Shown: positions 27,153 to 35,969, counted from the stretch's first letter. The stretch: 64,000 nucleotides of DNA from Abditibacterium sp. (GCA_965246885.1 OZ251992.1:608001-672000), one strand, 5' to 3'. The notes: generated by a model from the sequence alone, not told the origin. Program-made: numbers and translations.

Positions 27153-29200
27153 TACTTCGCCTCCCAGTGCAGCGTGTAGCCCCAACCCGCGACGGGCGGG
27201 ACTTCGATGTTCGTGACGCGCAGCGTGGTTATCTTGTGCGGCGCGTCGAGAACTTGGAACAGGACGCGTGCGAGCGGGTTGAGGACGGCGGCTTCGGCGA
27301 GGTTGCCCATGCCGCGCCCGCCCGACGCGACGTCACCCCCGCCCAAGCGCATGAGGGTGTCCACCACGCCCTGCTCGAAGACGACTTCGATGCCGTGTGT
27401 TTCGCGCACTTGGGAGGCAATGGAGGGCAGCACTTTGTTTTCGAGGATGCGGCGTAGCGTCGGCTCGCGCACGAAGTCGAAGACAACGACGTTTTGCCCG
27501 ATGCGGTTAAGCAGTTCGGGGCGCCCCAAGATGTGCTTGAAATACGAGCCGACGCCGTCCACGATCTTGGCGCGCACATCGGCATACTCGGTGTCAATGG
27601 CGGGGTCTACGTTGAGTTCGGGCCGCCCCGTGACGGGGTCTACCATAGGCCGCGTGGTTTGCGGGTCGAGGCGGTAGATGCCCGCGTTGGACGTAAAGAC
27701 GATGACGGACTCGGAGAAGTAGACGGTTTGTCCGCGCCCGTCGGTCATGCGGCCATCTTCGAGTATCTGGAGGAACTTATCGAGTATCGAAGGGTGCGCC
27801 TTCTCGATTTCGTCGAAAAGTAAGACGGAGAACGGGTTGGCGCGGACGCGGTTGGTGAGTTGTCCGCCTTCCTCGTAGCCGACGTAGCCGGGCGGGGCGC
27901 CCAATAGCTTTTGGTCGGAGTGCGTGTCGCCGTATTCGCTCATGTCGAAGCGGATGCAGGCGTCTTGGGTTCCAAAGACCAGTTCCGCCATCGCTTTGGC
28001 GAGTTCGGTCTTGCCCACGCCGGTTGGCCCGGCGAAGAACAGGACGCCGCGCGGCTTGGTGCGACTGGAATGTTGCGCGCCCGACAAGCCCAGTCGCGCG
28101 CGGCGCAAAACGTCGGCGACCGCCGCGACCGCCGCTTCTTGGCCGATGACGCGGCGGCTCAAGGCGGCTTCGGCGCCCGCCAACTTCGCGGCGGGCAAGG
28201 TGTCCCATTCGCTTTCGCGCTCGCCGTATTTGAAGCGGTCTACTAATTCCTTGGGCTTGATGGGCGCGTCCTCGCCTTGCGCGTGCGCGGCGCGCGCGAT
28301 TTTGCGGATGCCATACAGGTCGCGCACGCTCATGCCGTCGGTCAGTTCGACCAACTCATCGAGGGGTGTCTTGTGGCTGGCCTCGGAGCGTTGGCGGGCG
28401 ACGGCGGGCAGGAAGCGGGTGAAGAAGTGGCGCCGCTCGACCGAGCGTGGCAATTCCACCTCGACGCCCGCGCCAAAGGGGTTGTTGAGATACACCCACG
28501 CCGGCAGGTCGGTCAGCTTGTCGCAACCCACGACCAGCAGGTTCTGCACTTCGCGCGGCGCCTCGTCGCCCGCGCCGCGCGCCGACAGGACACGGTTTTC
28601 CGGCGCCGAGCGCACCAGCCGCAAGAACGAACTCCGCTCGGCGAGCGTCAGGTGCGTCGGCGACGCGAGCAGTTGCGAGGCGTATTCCAGAAAGAACACC
28701 GTTGGCACCCGCGCGTTGAGCAGACAAATCCGCATTTGCTGGAGCGCCAAGTCGAGAGGGTCTTCGGGGTTGCTCGGCCCCGGATGGCGCCCCGCGCCAA
28801 GCGAAAAGCGCGCCGTCCGTTCGCCCGCTTCGACGAACTGCTCGAACAGTTGCGCCATCGTGAGCGCGGCGCCGGGAACTTTAACCGGCAAGACCGGCGC
28901 TTTGACGTCAGTGAGCGGAAGCGGCACGCCCGCGAGTGGCGCGTCGGCGAACACCATCCCGTCAATGGAGTTGAACGCGCCAATCAGCCCATAGCCGCGC
29001 GTTCGGAAAAACTCGAACAGCGCCTCGCGCAGCGACCCCAACTTCCAAGCGCCGTCCCCTTCGGGCACGCCGGGCGAGGGCGCGAGCGGATACAGCACGG
29101 TGTCCTTGATTTGCCCGTAGAGATAGATTTGCGACTTGAACGCGCTCAGGCGGTCGAGGTCGCGCATCCAACGCGGCAGCAGATTCGGGGTTTGCGACAT
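27152..29200 (-). CDS. ClpB/ClpA-D2-type AAA+ ATPase with divergent N-terminal module
   Basis: AGPTGVGKTE, RFDMSEY, GAPPGYVGYEEGG, LFDEIEKAHP, GRMTDGRG, RPELLNRI. N-terminal half has no intact Walker A (YLYGQIKD). Confidence 0.9.
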   Translation of the reverse strand: MSQTPNLLPRWMRDLDRLSAFKSQIYLYGQIKDTVLYPLAPSPGVPEGDGAWKLGSLREALFEFFRTRGYGLIGAFNSIDGMVFADAPLAGVPLPLTDVKAPVLPVKVPGAALTMAQLFEQFVEAGERTARFSLGAGRHPGPSNPEDPLDLALQQMRICLLNARVPTVFFLEYASQLLASPTHLTLAERSSFLRLVRSAPENRVLSARGAGDEAPREVQNLLVVGCDKLTDLPAWVYLNNPFGAGVEVELPRSVERRHFFTRFLPAVARQRSEASHKTPLDELVELTDGMSVRDLYGIRKIARAAHAQGEDAPIKPKELVDRFKYGERESEWDTLPAAKLAGAEAALSRRVIGQEAAVAAVADVLRRARLGLSGAQHSSRTKPRGVLFFAGPTGVGKTELAKAMAELVFGTQDACIRFDMSEYGDTHSDQKLLGAPPGYVGYEEGGQLTNRVRANPFSVLLFDEIEKAHPSILDKFLQILEDGRMTDGRGQTVYFSESVIVFTSNAGIYRLDPQTTRPMVDPVTGRPELNVDPAIDTEYADVRAKIVDGVGSYFKHILGRPELLNRIGQNVVVFDFVREPTLRRILENKVLPSIASQVRETHGIEVVFEQGVVDTLMRLGGGDVASGGRGMGNLAEAAVLNPLARVLFQVLDAPHKITTLRVTNIEVPPVAGWGYTLHWEAK

Positions 29201-29242
29201 GGGTAGTGGGTTGTTGGGGTTGGGAAGCGTTGAAAAAGAGTT

Positions 29243-30574
29243 TTATTCCCCCATTCGCCGCACTTGGGGCGCCCCGCTTTCGCGGCGGGCGGCTTCGGCA
29301 ATGGCTTGGGAGGCCCCGTCGCTTTGCAGTTGCACGACTTGCAACTCTTCCTTGCCCGCTTTGAAGTTGCGGCGCTTCTTTTCGCGCACAACCAAGTTGC
29401 GGCGGCGCAGGCCGTCGAAGACGGCGTCCATCAGGTCGCACACCCGCTCTTGTTCGCGGCTCGATACCTCGCGCGTGCCGTCCGACAGGGCGACCATCTT
29501 GCCTTCGAGCGCGCCTTTGCCGTCTATGTGCAGTTGCACGCCCGTTCCGGCGTCGAGAACCGCGACAAGTTCGGGCGAGTTGGTGGCGCTCGACACGCGG
29601 TAGCCAAGCCCCGCCAGCACTTGCTGCACTTGGTCTTCGAGAAAGGTCTGCATGGCGCGCTCGTCGAGGGCTTCCTGCGTGCGGGCGAACAGGGCGTCGC
29701 TTTGCTCGGCCAGCCCTTCGAGGGTTTGCAGTTCGACGGGCGTCGCGGCGACAAGGGCGGACAGGCGTTTGAGCATCTCGTTCGCTTCGCGGCGCGGCTC
29801 CTCAAGGACGGTTTGGTTGAGGACGGCGCGCGCGTTGGCCGAAATGTGACCGGCCAACTCGCGGGCGCGGGCGGCGTTTTGCAAGCGCGCGGCGTCTTCT
29901 CCGGTGGCGCGTTTGATTTCACTCCGCGCCCGCTCCCCAAGCAGTTGCAGCCCTTGCACCGCCATCGCGGGCTGAGTCGCCGCCAGTTCGCGCACTTGCG
30001 CGGCGCGCTCCAAAATGGCTTTGAGTGCTGCGCCCCGTCCGCCGCGCGCCAAGGGAGACGCGCGCACATCCGCTTCAAGCGCGGCGACTTCCTCGCGCAC
30101 GAGTGCCGCGACATCGGCGCTCTTGGCGGAGGTCTCTTTCGCGCGTGCCGCCACCCATGCCGCGACCGCCGCCTGCAATTGCTCGAAGGCCGCCATCTGT
30201 CCGCCCGCGCCGGACGCCGCTACCTCGCGGATGACCTCCGCGCATCGGGCGCGCAGAGCCGCCACTTGGGGAGAAGTCGGCGCGTTCGGGTCGCCGCCCG
30301 CCGCGCCCAAGCGCCCGCGCATCCGGCTCAGGGCGCCCAGCAGAAACGCTGTGTCGGGGTCGGCGGCGCTTTGGGGAGATAGCTCCAGCGCCATGCTTTG
30401 CGCCAAGCGCCGCGACTCGGCGAACTGCGCGCGCTGTTGCGAGTGTTCTTGTGCTTCGCGCTCGTCGCGCGCGGCCCACTCCGCTTTGGCCGCGCAATAA
30501 TCGCCGCGCATCTGGCGCGCGGCCAAATACACCGCCGCTCCCGCCACCACCACGCCCCCCGTCGCCGCCATCAT
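29243..30574 (-). CDS. Ala-rich coiled-coil protein, first gene of the AAA/radical SAM/kinase operon; true start possibly 30645 via frameshift
   Basis: Hydrophobic Gly/Ala N-terminus, long helical body, alpha/beta C-terminus (VLAGLGYRV...LHIDGKG...RVC); GGAGG RBS precedes an out-of-frame ATG at 30645. Confidence 0.8.
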   Translation of the reverse strand: MMAATGGVVVAGAAVYLAARQMRGDYCAAKAEWAARDEREAQEHSQQRAQFAESRRLAQSMALELSPQSAADPDTAFLLGALSRMRGRLGAAGGDPNAPTSPQVAALRARCAEVIREVAASGAGGQMAAFEQLQAAVAAWVAARAKETSAKSADVAALVREEVAALEADVRASPLARGGRGAALKAILERAAQVRELAATQPAMAVQGLQLLGERARSEIKRATGEDAARLQNAARARELAGHISANARAVLNQTVLEEPRREANEMLKRLSALVAATPVELQTLEGLAEQSDALFARTQEALDERAMQTFLEDQVQQVLAGLGYRVSSATNSPELVAVLDAGTGVQLHIDGKGALEGKMVALSDGTREVSSREQERVCDLMDAVFDGLRRRNLVVREKKRRNFKAGKEELQVVQLQSDGASQAIAEAARRESGAPQVRRMGE

Positions 30575-30729
30575 GGTGGCAAAGGCGCCCGCGCCCCCGC
30601 CCGCTCCGCGTTCATTATCACGACCGCATCGGTTGCTCCGCTCATAGTTCCTCCCGGCGAAAATGCCGCTTCAAGTAAAGCACGTTGCGCGCCGCCGCTA
30701 AAGGGAGCGATAAGCAAAAAGCCTTGCAA

Positions 30730-31095
30730 TCACGCCGCGTGCGCTCGCAGTTGGGCCAAGTCCACCCACTCCAAAGCGGAAATGTGGGTGGCATGAAGGT
30801 CAACGGGCGGGGCGACGCCTGCGTCGAACGCTTCTTTCCAGCGCCCAACGCACAAGCACCACCGGTCGCCCGCGCGAAGGCCGGGGAAACCGAAACGCGG
30901 GACGGCAGTAACGAGGTCGTTGCCGCGTGCGCGGGAGAAGGCGAGGAACTCGTCGGTCATGACGGCGCACACGAGGTGCAGGCCGGAGTCGTTCTCGCCG
31001 GTGTTGCAGCAGCCGTCGCGGAAAAAGCCGGTGAGCGGGTCGCGGCCACACTCTTGGAGCGGCTCGCCTAAGACGTTGTGGGCCGTAGAAGTCAT
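30730..31095 (-). CDS. DUF2237-family protein
   Basis: NVLGEPL..C..DPLTGFFRDGCC, GNDL..P..GFPGL..GDRWCLC. Confidence 0.92.
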   Translation of the reverse strand: MTSTAHNVLGEPLQECGRDPLTGFFRDGCCNTGENDSGLHLVCAVMTDEFLAFSRARGNDLVTAVPRFGFPGLRAGDRWCLCVGRWKEAFDAGVAPPVDLHATHISALEWVDLAQLRAHAA

Positions 31096-31185
31096 TGCTG
31101 GGGCGTGGTTCCATTTGCGCGCCAAAATTCCGGTGAACTTCCGCGCCACAAGCGCGTCCAAGGGTGCAAGTTCAAGAGGATTCCC

Positions 31186-31356
31186 ATGTTTCCGCGCCAC
31201 CTTCCCGTTGTTTTGTTCGTCGCCGCGCTGTTGCTTTCGCAGCAGGCCATCACCCCCGCCGCCACCCACGACGACATCGCGGGCAAGAAAGACAAGGACG
31301 ACCCGCCCCGCCCCAAGCCCAAACCCGGCCCGCGCGGTGGCGGCGACGACGACTAA
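31186..31356 (+). CDS. Small putative secreted peptide (56 aa)
   Basis: GAGGA RBS, signal-like N-half, charged/Pro-rich tail, hairpin immediately downstream. Confidence 0.55.
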   Translation: MFPRHLPVVLFVAALLLSQQAITPAATHDDIAGKKDKDDPPRPKPKPGPRGGGDDD

Positions 31357-31385
31357 ACCCCCGGCTTCCCCCGAAGCCGGGGGTT
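31356..31385. terminator. Hairpin terminator between convergent genes
   Basis: aacccccggcttc...gaagccgggggtt 13-bp stem. Confidence 0.7.
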
Positions 31386-31395
31386 CGCGTTTGGC

Positions 31396-32361
31396 CTACG
31401 GCGCCCAGATCAAATCTTTGGTTTCGTCCTTCGAGCGCGCGGCGGCGTGCCCATCGACGAAACCAATTACCGTCTTGCCGTCGAAGCGGAAGTTGAGCGC
31501 GTCGCTTTGGGGCGCGGTGCCGTCGTAAAACAGGACGGTGTGGCTAACGTCGTTGAGCTTGGCTTGCGAGACGCCCGCCAAGTGGTCGTTGAAGTGCCAC
31601 TTCTCCCCGGTCGTTCCGATGATGGTGTAGAGGGTGTCATCCTTCAGGTAGGGCCGCAGGGCGCGCTCGTGTCCGGCGTCGTCAAAGGCGAACGTCTCGT
31701 CGTAGTCTTGCACGAACTGTAACACGCCCAAAGCCAGCTGCTTGAGTTGCGATTCGGCCCGCTCCTGCCGGAGGAGAACTCCTAAGCGCGGGTCGTGAGT
31801 TGCCACCGCCGCCGCGAGCAGGAGTGACGGCGTTTGGTCGAGGGGTTTGGCCAGCACGTCATCAATAGGCGGGGGCACGATGCGCCAAGTGTCTTTGCCA
31901 AAGACGGGGATGTTGCTGTGATCTAAGCGTAAGTGCAGTGTTTGGCTGTCGTCGCGGCGTTCTTTTGTTTCTGGTTGGGCGCCGTGATAAACAGTCTCCA
32001 TGCGGTGACTGGTGACAACAACTGTCGCTTCATCCCCGTTCTGTGCGGCGACCTGAACGCCATCTACTGCGTCGCCAAAATGGGCAAGATGAAGGAGGCC
32101 ATAGTTCCACTCATTGCCGCCGTAAAATCCGACGCGAGCGCCCTCAACCACCGAGGTGAGAGAGAAATCCATCACGGTGTCTGGTGTTTGGGTTTGAAGG
32201 GCGCTGACTAAAACGCGCACCGTGCCGTCCGGTGTGGAAGTATTGGGAGGAGGCGGCCCAACGGGTGCAACATCAGGAGGGGCAGGCTTCGGCTCTTCCG
32301 GTTGGGCAAACGCGGCGCAGCACAGCGCGAGCGGTAGGGCGCACAGGAGCAGGCGGTTCAT
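31396..32361 (-). CDS. Secreted protein with C-terminal DUF1559/H-X9-DG-like module but no prepilin leader
   Basis: Sec signal; SQLKQLALGVLQFVQDYDE, LRPYLK, FRFDGKTVIGFVDGH. Confidence 0.75.
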   Translation of the reverse strand: MNRLLLCALPLALCCAAFAQPEEPKPAPPDVAPVGPPPPNTSTPDGTVRVLVSALQTQTPDTVMDFSLTSVVEGARVGFYGGNEWNYGLLHLAHFGDAVDGVQVAAQNGDEATVVVTSHRMETVYHGAQPETKERRDDSQTLHLRLDHSNIPVFGKDTWRIVPPPIDDVLAKPLDQTPSLLLAAAVATHDPRLGVLLRQERAESQLKQLALGVLQFVQDYDETFAFDDAGHERALRPYLKDDTLYTIIGTTGEKWHFNDHLAGVSQAKLNDVSHTVLFYDGTAPQSDALNFRFDGKTVIGFVDGHAAARSKDETKDLIWAP

Positions 32362-32421
32362 TCACCCTATTTTAGCACCCTTGCGGGCGGCATCCAAATC
32401 GCCCAACGGCGAGGGCACATT

Positions 32422-32838
32422 ATGGAACACGCACAAATCGCCGCCAAAGCGCGCGAGTTTATTGACGCCTTGCACGAACTCGAAACCGGCGCCGCCGAGG
32501 ACGCGGGTCAACTCGCCGACCTGTATGCGCCCGACGCGGGCCTCGCCAACTCCGCCCTTGATAACAAGAGCCGCGAGCTAAGTGGCAAGGACGAAATCCT
32601 CCAGTTCTGGACGCAATACAAAGCCACGCTTGGCGAGGTGTACTCCAAGTTCCACCACGTCACCGCGTCCGACGACTCCGCCGGATTGTTCTGGACAACC
32701 GAAGGCACCAACCCCGCCGGGGACAAGGTGCATTATCACGGCTCCACGCTCCTCGTCTTCAACGCCGAAGGGCTAATCCAGTTCTTTCGCGGCTACTACG
32801 ACACCCGCGAACTGACGGTGAAAGCGGAAAGCGAGTAG
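32422..32838 (+). CDS. NTF2/SnoaL-like protein
   Basis: LADLYAPDA, GKDEILQFW, GLIQFFRGYYD. Confidence 0.85.
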   Translation: MEHAQIAAKAREFIDALHELETGAAEDAGQLADLYAPDAGLANSALDNKSRELSGKDEILQFWTQYKATLGEVYSKFHHVTASDDSAGLFWTTEGTNPAGDKVHYHGSTLLVFNAEGLIQFFRGYYDTRELTVKAESE

Positions 32839-32840
32839 GG

Positions 32841-34208
32841 CTACTTCAACGCTTCGCGCGCCAGTTGGGGAGCGAGGCCGATGTAGCAGGCGGGGGTGAG
32901 TTCCAACAGGCGCGCGGCTTCGTCGGGCGGCAGGTCGAGCGACTCGATGAAGGCGCGGATGGTGGCGGCGTCCATGCGGGCGCCGCGCGTGAGTTCTTTT
33001 AGCTTCTCGTAAGGGTTCTCGTGGCCGAGCTTGCGCATCACTGTTTGAATCGGCTCGGCCAGCACCTCCCACGCGCCGTCCAAATCGTCCGCGAGCTTTT
33101 GCTCGTTGAGTTCCATCTTGTCCAAGCCGCGCGTGAGGGAGACGAGGGCGAGGAGGGAGTGGCCGATGCCCACGCCCAAGTTCCGCAGGGCGCTCGAATC
33201 GCTTAGGTCGCGTTGCAAGCGCGAGACGGCTAACTTTTCCGCGAGGTGGCGCAAGACGGCGTTGGACAGGCCGAGGTTCGCTTCGGCGTTCTCGAAGTCA
33301 ATGGGGTTGACCTTGTGCGGCATGGTGGAACTGCCGACCTCGCCCGCGACGACGCGTTGCCGGAAGTAGCCGAGCGAAACGTAGCTCCACATGTCGCGCG
33401 CGAAATCGAGCGCGATTTGGTTGAAGCGCGCGAGGGCGTCGAAGAGTTCGGCGATATAGTCGTGCGACTCGATTTGGGTGGTGAGCGGGTTGTAATCGAG
33501 GCCGAGAGACTCTACGAAGTCGCGCGCGATGGCGGGCCAATCGGCGTCGGGGAAGGCGGCGACGTGGGCGTTGAAGTTCCCGACGGCGCCGTTGATTTTG
33601 CCCAGATACGCTTGGGCGCGGATGCCCTCCAACTGCCGGTTCCAGCGCGCGACGAAGACCATTAGCTCCTTGCCAACGGTCGTGGGCGAGGCGGTTTGCC
33701 CATGCGTGCGCGCGAGCATAGGCACGTCGGCCCACTCGTCGCCCATGCCCGCCACGCGGTTGGCGACGGACAAGGCGCGCTCTATCCAGACGTTGCCGAT
33801 GCCGCCTTGGAGCATGAGGGCGTGCGCGAGGTTGTTGATGTCCTCGGACGTGCAAGCGAAGTGAATCCATTCGGTTTCCGATGCGAGGCTCGTGTCGCGC
33901 AACCGCTCCTTCAGGAAGTATTCGACGGCTTTGACATCGTGGTTGGTGGTTTTCTCGATGGCCTTGACGCGCGCCGCGTCGTCGTCGGAGAACTCCAGCG
34001 CAATGCCACGCAACAGCCGCACCTCGTCGGGCAAAAAGGCGCGCACGCGGTCAATGGCGGGCGCCTCGGCGAGGGTAAGGAGCCACTCGATTTCGACGTG
34101 GACGCGGAACTTAATCAGCGCCGCTTCGGAGAAGTAGGCGCCAAGCGGCTCGGTTTGAACGGCGTAGCGCCCATCAAGGGGCGACAAGGCGTATAAGGGC
34201 GAAGGCAT
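32841..34208 (-). CDS. purB: Adenylosuccinate lyase
   Basis: ALSPLDGRY, TNHDVKAVEY, TSEDINN, GSSTMPHKVNPIDFEN, SRLQRDLSDS. Confidence 0.97.
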   Translation of the reverse strand: MPSPLYALSPLDGRYAVQTEPLGAYFSEAALIKFRVHVEIEWLLTLAEAPAIDRVRAFLPDEVRLLRGIALEFSDDDAARVKAIEKTTNHDVKAVEYFLKERLRDTSLASETEWIHFACTSEDINNLAHALMLQGGIGNVWIERALSVANRVAGMGDEWADVPMLARTHGQTASPTTVGKELMVFVARWNRQLEGIRAQAYLGKINGAVGNFNAHVAAFPDADWPAIARDFVESLGLDYNPLTTQIESHDYIAELFDALARFNQIALDFARDMWSYVSLGYFRQRVVAGEVGSSTMPHKVNPIDFENAEANLGLSNAVLRHLAEKLAVSRLQRDLSDSSALRNLGVGIGHSLLALVSLTRGLDKMELNEQKLADDLDGAWEVLAEPIQTVMRKLGHENPYEKLKELTRGARMDAATIRAFIESLDLPPDEAARLLELTPACYIGLAPQLAREALK

Positions 34209-34395
34209 GGGAGAGATTTTAAGCGGCGCTCAAAACGCGTGGAAGTTTTTCCACTGGCCAAAACCGTTCTACATAAAGGCCAGCAAGGTTGAACGGAGTG
34301 AGAAAGCCGAAGCGGGGGCAAAACAAAGCCGAGGCTCTTTCCATCCACAAGCCGAGCGAAAATTTGCGCCCTTCGGGGCAAGGACAACCACCCAC

Positions 34396-34560
34396 ATGAT
34401 CAAACAGTTTTTGCAAGAAGAAGAGGGCCAGACCCTCGTCGAGTATGGCCTGCTCATCTCGCTCATCGCCCTCGTCGTCATCGGCGTCTTGACCCTCTTG
34501 GGCGCCAAGATCAAGAACACCTTCAACACCTCGGCCAACGCCATGAACACAACCACCTAA
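34396..34560 (+). CDS. Flp-family type IVb pilin
   Basis: EEEG|QTLVEYGLLISLIALVVIG Flp motif. Confidence 0.92.
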   Translation: MIKQFLQEEEGQTLVEYGLLISLIALVVIGVLTLLGAKIKNTFNTSANAMNTTT

Positions 34561-34578
34561 TTCCCTTGGATTTAGGAG

Positions 34579-34610
34579 AAAAGCCCTCCGCTTCCGGCGG
34601 GGGGCTTTTT
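34579..34610 (+). terminator. Rho-independent terminator after the first flp
   Basis: aaaagccctccgc-ttccg-gcggggggcttttt. Confidence 0.8.
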
Positions 34611-34760
34611 CTTTACCACTTTCTGACTCCCAACGCCATAAACGCACGTTCCTGCCGCGAAAGGAGAGAACAATGCAAAGGGGAAGGGCAACCACAAAGG
34701 CCGCGCCGCCACCGATTTTTCCGCTCTGGCACGGCGACCTTTTTCAGGAGGAATAAGCTA

Positions 34761-34928
34761 ATGATTTACAGTTTTTGGAACGACGAAGAAGGGCAGTCAA
34801 TGGTCGAATACGGTTTGCTTATCTCGCTCATCGCGCTCGTTATCATCGGCGCGCTCACGATTATGGGCGGGCGCGTGCGCAATATGTGGGGCAACAACGC
34901 GGGGCGCTACCCCGACCCGCCCGCGTAA
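34761..34928 (+). CDS. Second Flp-family type IVb pilin
   Basis: AGGAGG RBS; DEEG|QSMVEYGLLISLIALVIIG. Confidence 0.9.
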   Translation: MIYSFWNDEEGQSMVEYGLLISLIALVIIGALTIMGGRVRNMWGNNAGRYPDPPA

Positions 34929-34988
34929 GCCGCCAGCCGAAGCTTCACCTGAAGTTTCGGCTGTTCGCGTATGCCCTCTCGCCCCTCA

Positions 34989-35969
34989 TTATTGAAGGGC
35001 CGAGTCATATAGTCGTGCCATCACGCGGCTTTGGCGGGCGGCTTCTTCAATTGTCACCAGTTCCGCCTCCTGCCCTTCCAATTTGTTCCAAAACAAATCG
35101 AAGGCGTGCGCTTTGCCGTCCGGTAGGTCGTGCCACTGCCCGCCATCGGCGCCTTCGACTTCCTCCGAGAAATAAAAGACCTTCTCATCGTGCACGAGAA
35201 TCTGCCCGCGCGTGCCGTGCACTTCAACGGGCGCCGAGTATTTCGGGTCAACCCAGCCCGCTTCGATAATGGCCACCGCGCCTTTCTCGAACGTCACCAT
35301 GCCCGCGCCCCATTCGTCTATATCGCCATAGCGGTGCGTCGCGCTTCCCACTGTCGCGGCAGTTTTGACGGCTTCGCCGCACGTTGGCACGAGACACCAT
35401 AGCGCGATGTCGAGGGAGTGCGCGCCCAAATCGGCGTAACCGCCGCCGCCCGCTTCGGTCTTGTCGGCAATCCAGCGCCACTCCGAATCGAACCAGCCCG
35501 CGAGCGACCCCTCATGGCAGTTCGTGTGGCGCATCCGGGTGACGACGCCCAGATGCCCCGCCTCGATTTCGCGTTTGATGAACAGGTTCGATGGCATACC
35601 ACGCATGAAAAAGCCGGTTTGAAAAGTGACGCCCGCCGCTTTGACGGCGGCTTCGATGGCGTCCGCGTCTTCTTCGCTTGTAGCCAAAGGCTTTTCGATG
35701 AACAGGTGCTTGCCCGCCTTCGCCGCGCGCGTGGCCAGTTCGCGGTGGTGGCACGTTTCCGAGCAGATGACGACGGAAGTGATTTGCGGGTCGGCCAAAA
35801 TCGCGTCGAGGTCGGCGACTTGCGCGTCCAATTGCGCCGCGCACCGTTGCGCGCGCGCGGCGTCGTGGTCATAGACATACTTGACGGAAACATCGGGTCG
35901 CTTGTTGATGGTCGCCACGAAGCCGGGAGTGTGGATGTGGGCGACGCCCAGAAATGCGGTAATTTGCAT
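34989..35969 (-). CDS. Gfo/Idh/MocA oxidoreductase
   Basis: FLGVAHIH, GKHLFIEKP, GGGYADLGAH. Confidence 0.9.
   Translation of the reverse strand: MQITAFLGVAHIHTPGFVATINKRPDVSVKYVYDHDAARAQRCAAQLDAQVADLDAILADPQITSVVICSETCHHRELATRAAKAGKHLFIEKPLATSEEDADAIEAAVKAAGVTFQTGFFMRGMPSNLFIKREIEAGHLGVVTRMRHTNCHEGSLAGWFDSEWRWIADKTEAGGGGYADLGAHSLDIALWCLVPTCGEAVKTAATVGSATHRYGDIDEWGAGMVTFEKGAVAIIEAGWVDPKYSAPVEVHGTRGQILVHDEKVFYFSEEVEGADGGQWHDLPDGKAHAFDLFWNKLEGQEAELVTIEEAARQSRVMARLYDSALQ

Noticed and set aside
27152..29200. Naming the gene clpB or T6SS clpV
   Set aside because: Lacks the N-domain, active D1 and M-domain; no T6SS genes present.
29425..29460. ERVCD in the coiled-coil protein as a glycyl-radical (RVCGY) site for the NrdG-like enzyme
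   Set aside because: The essential Gly is Asp and the context is not the C-terminal finger loop; probably coincidence.
34620..34720. c-di-GMP-I riboswitch upstream of the second flp
   Set aside because: Only a loose GAAA...GCAAAG resemblance; P1/P2 pairing could not be built by eye. Needs an Infernal scan.
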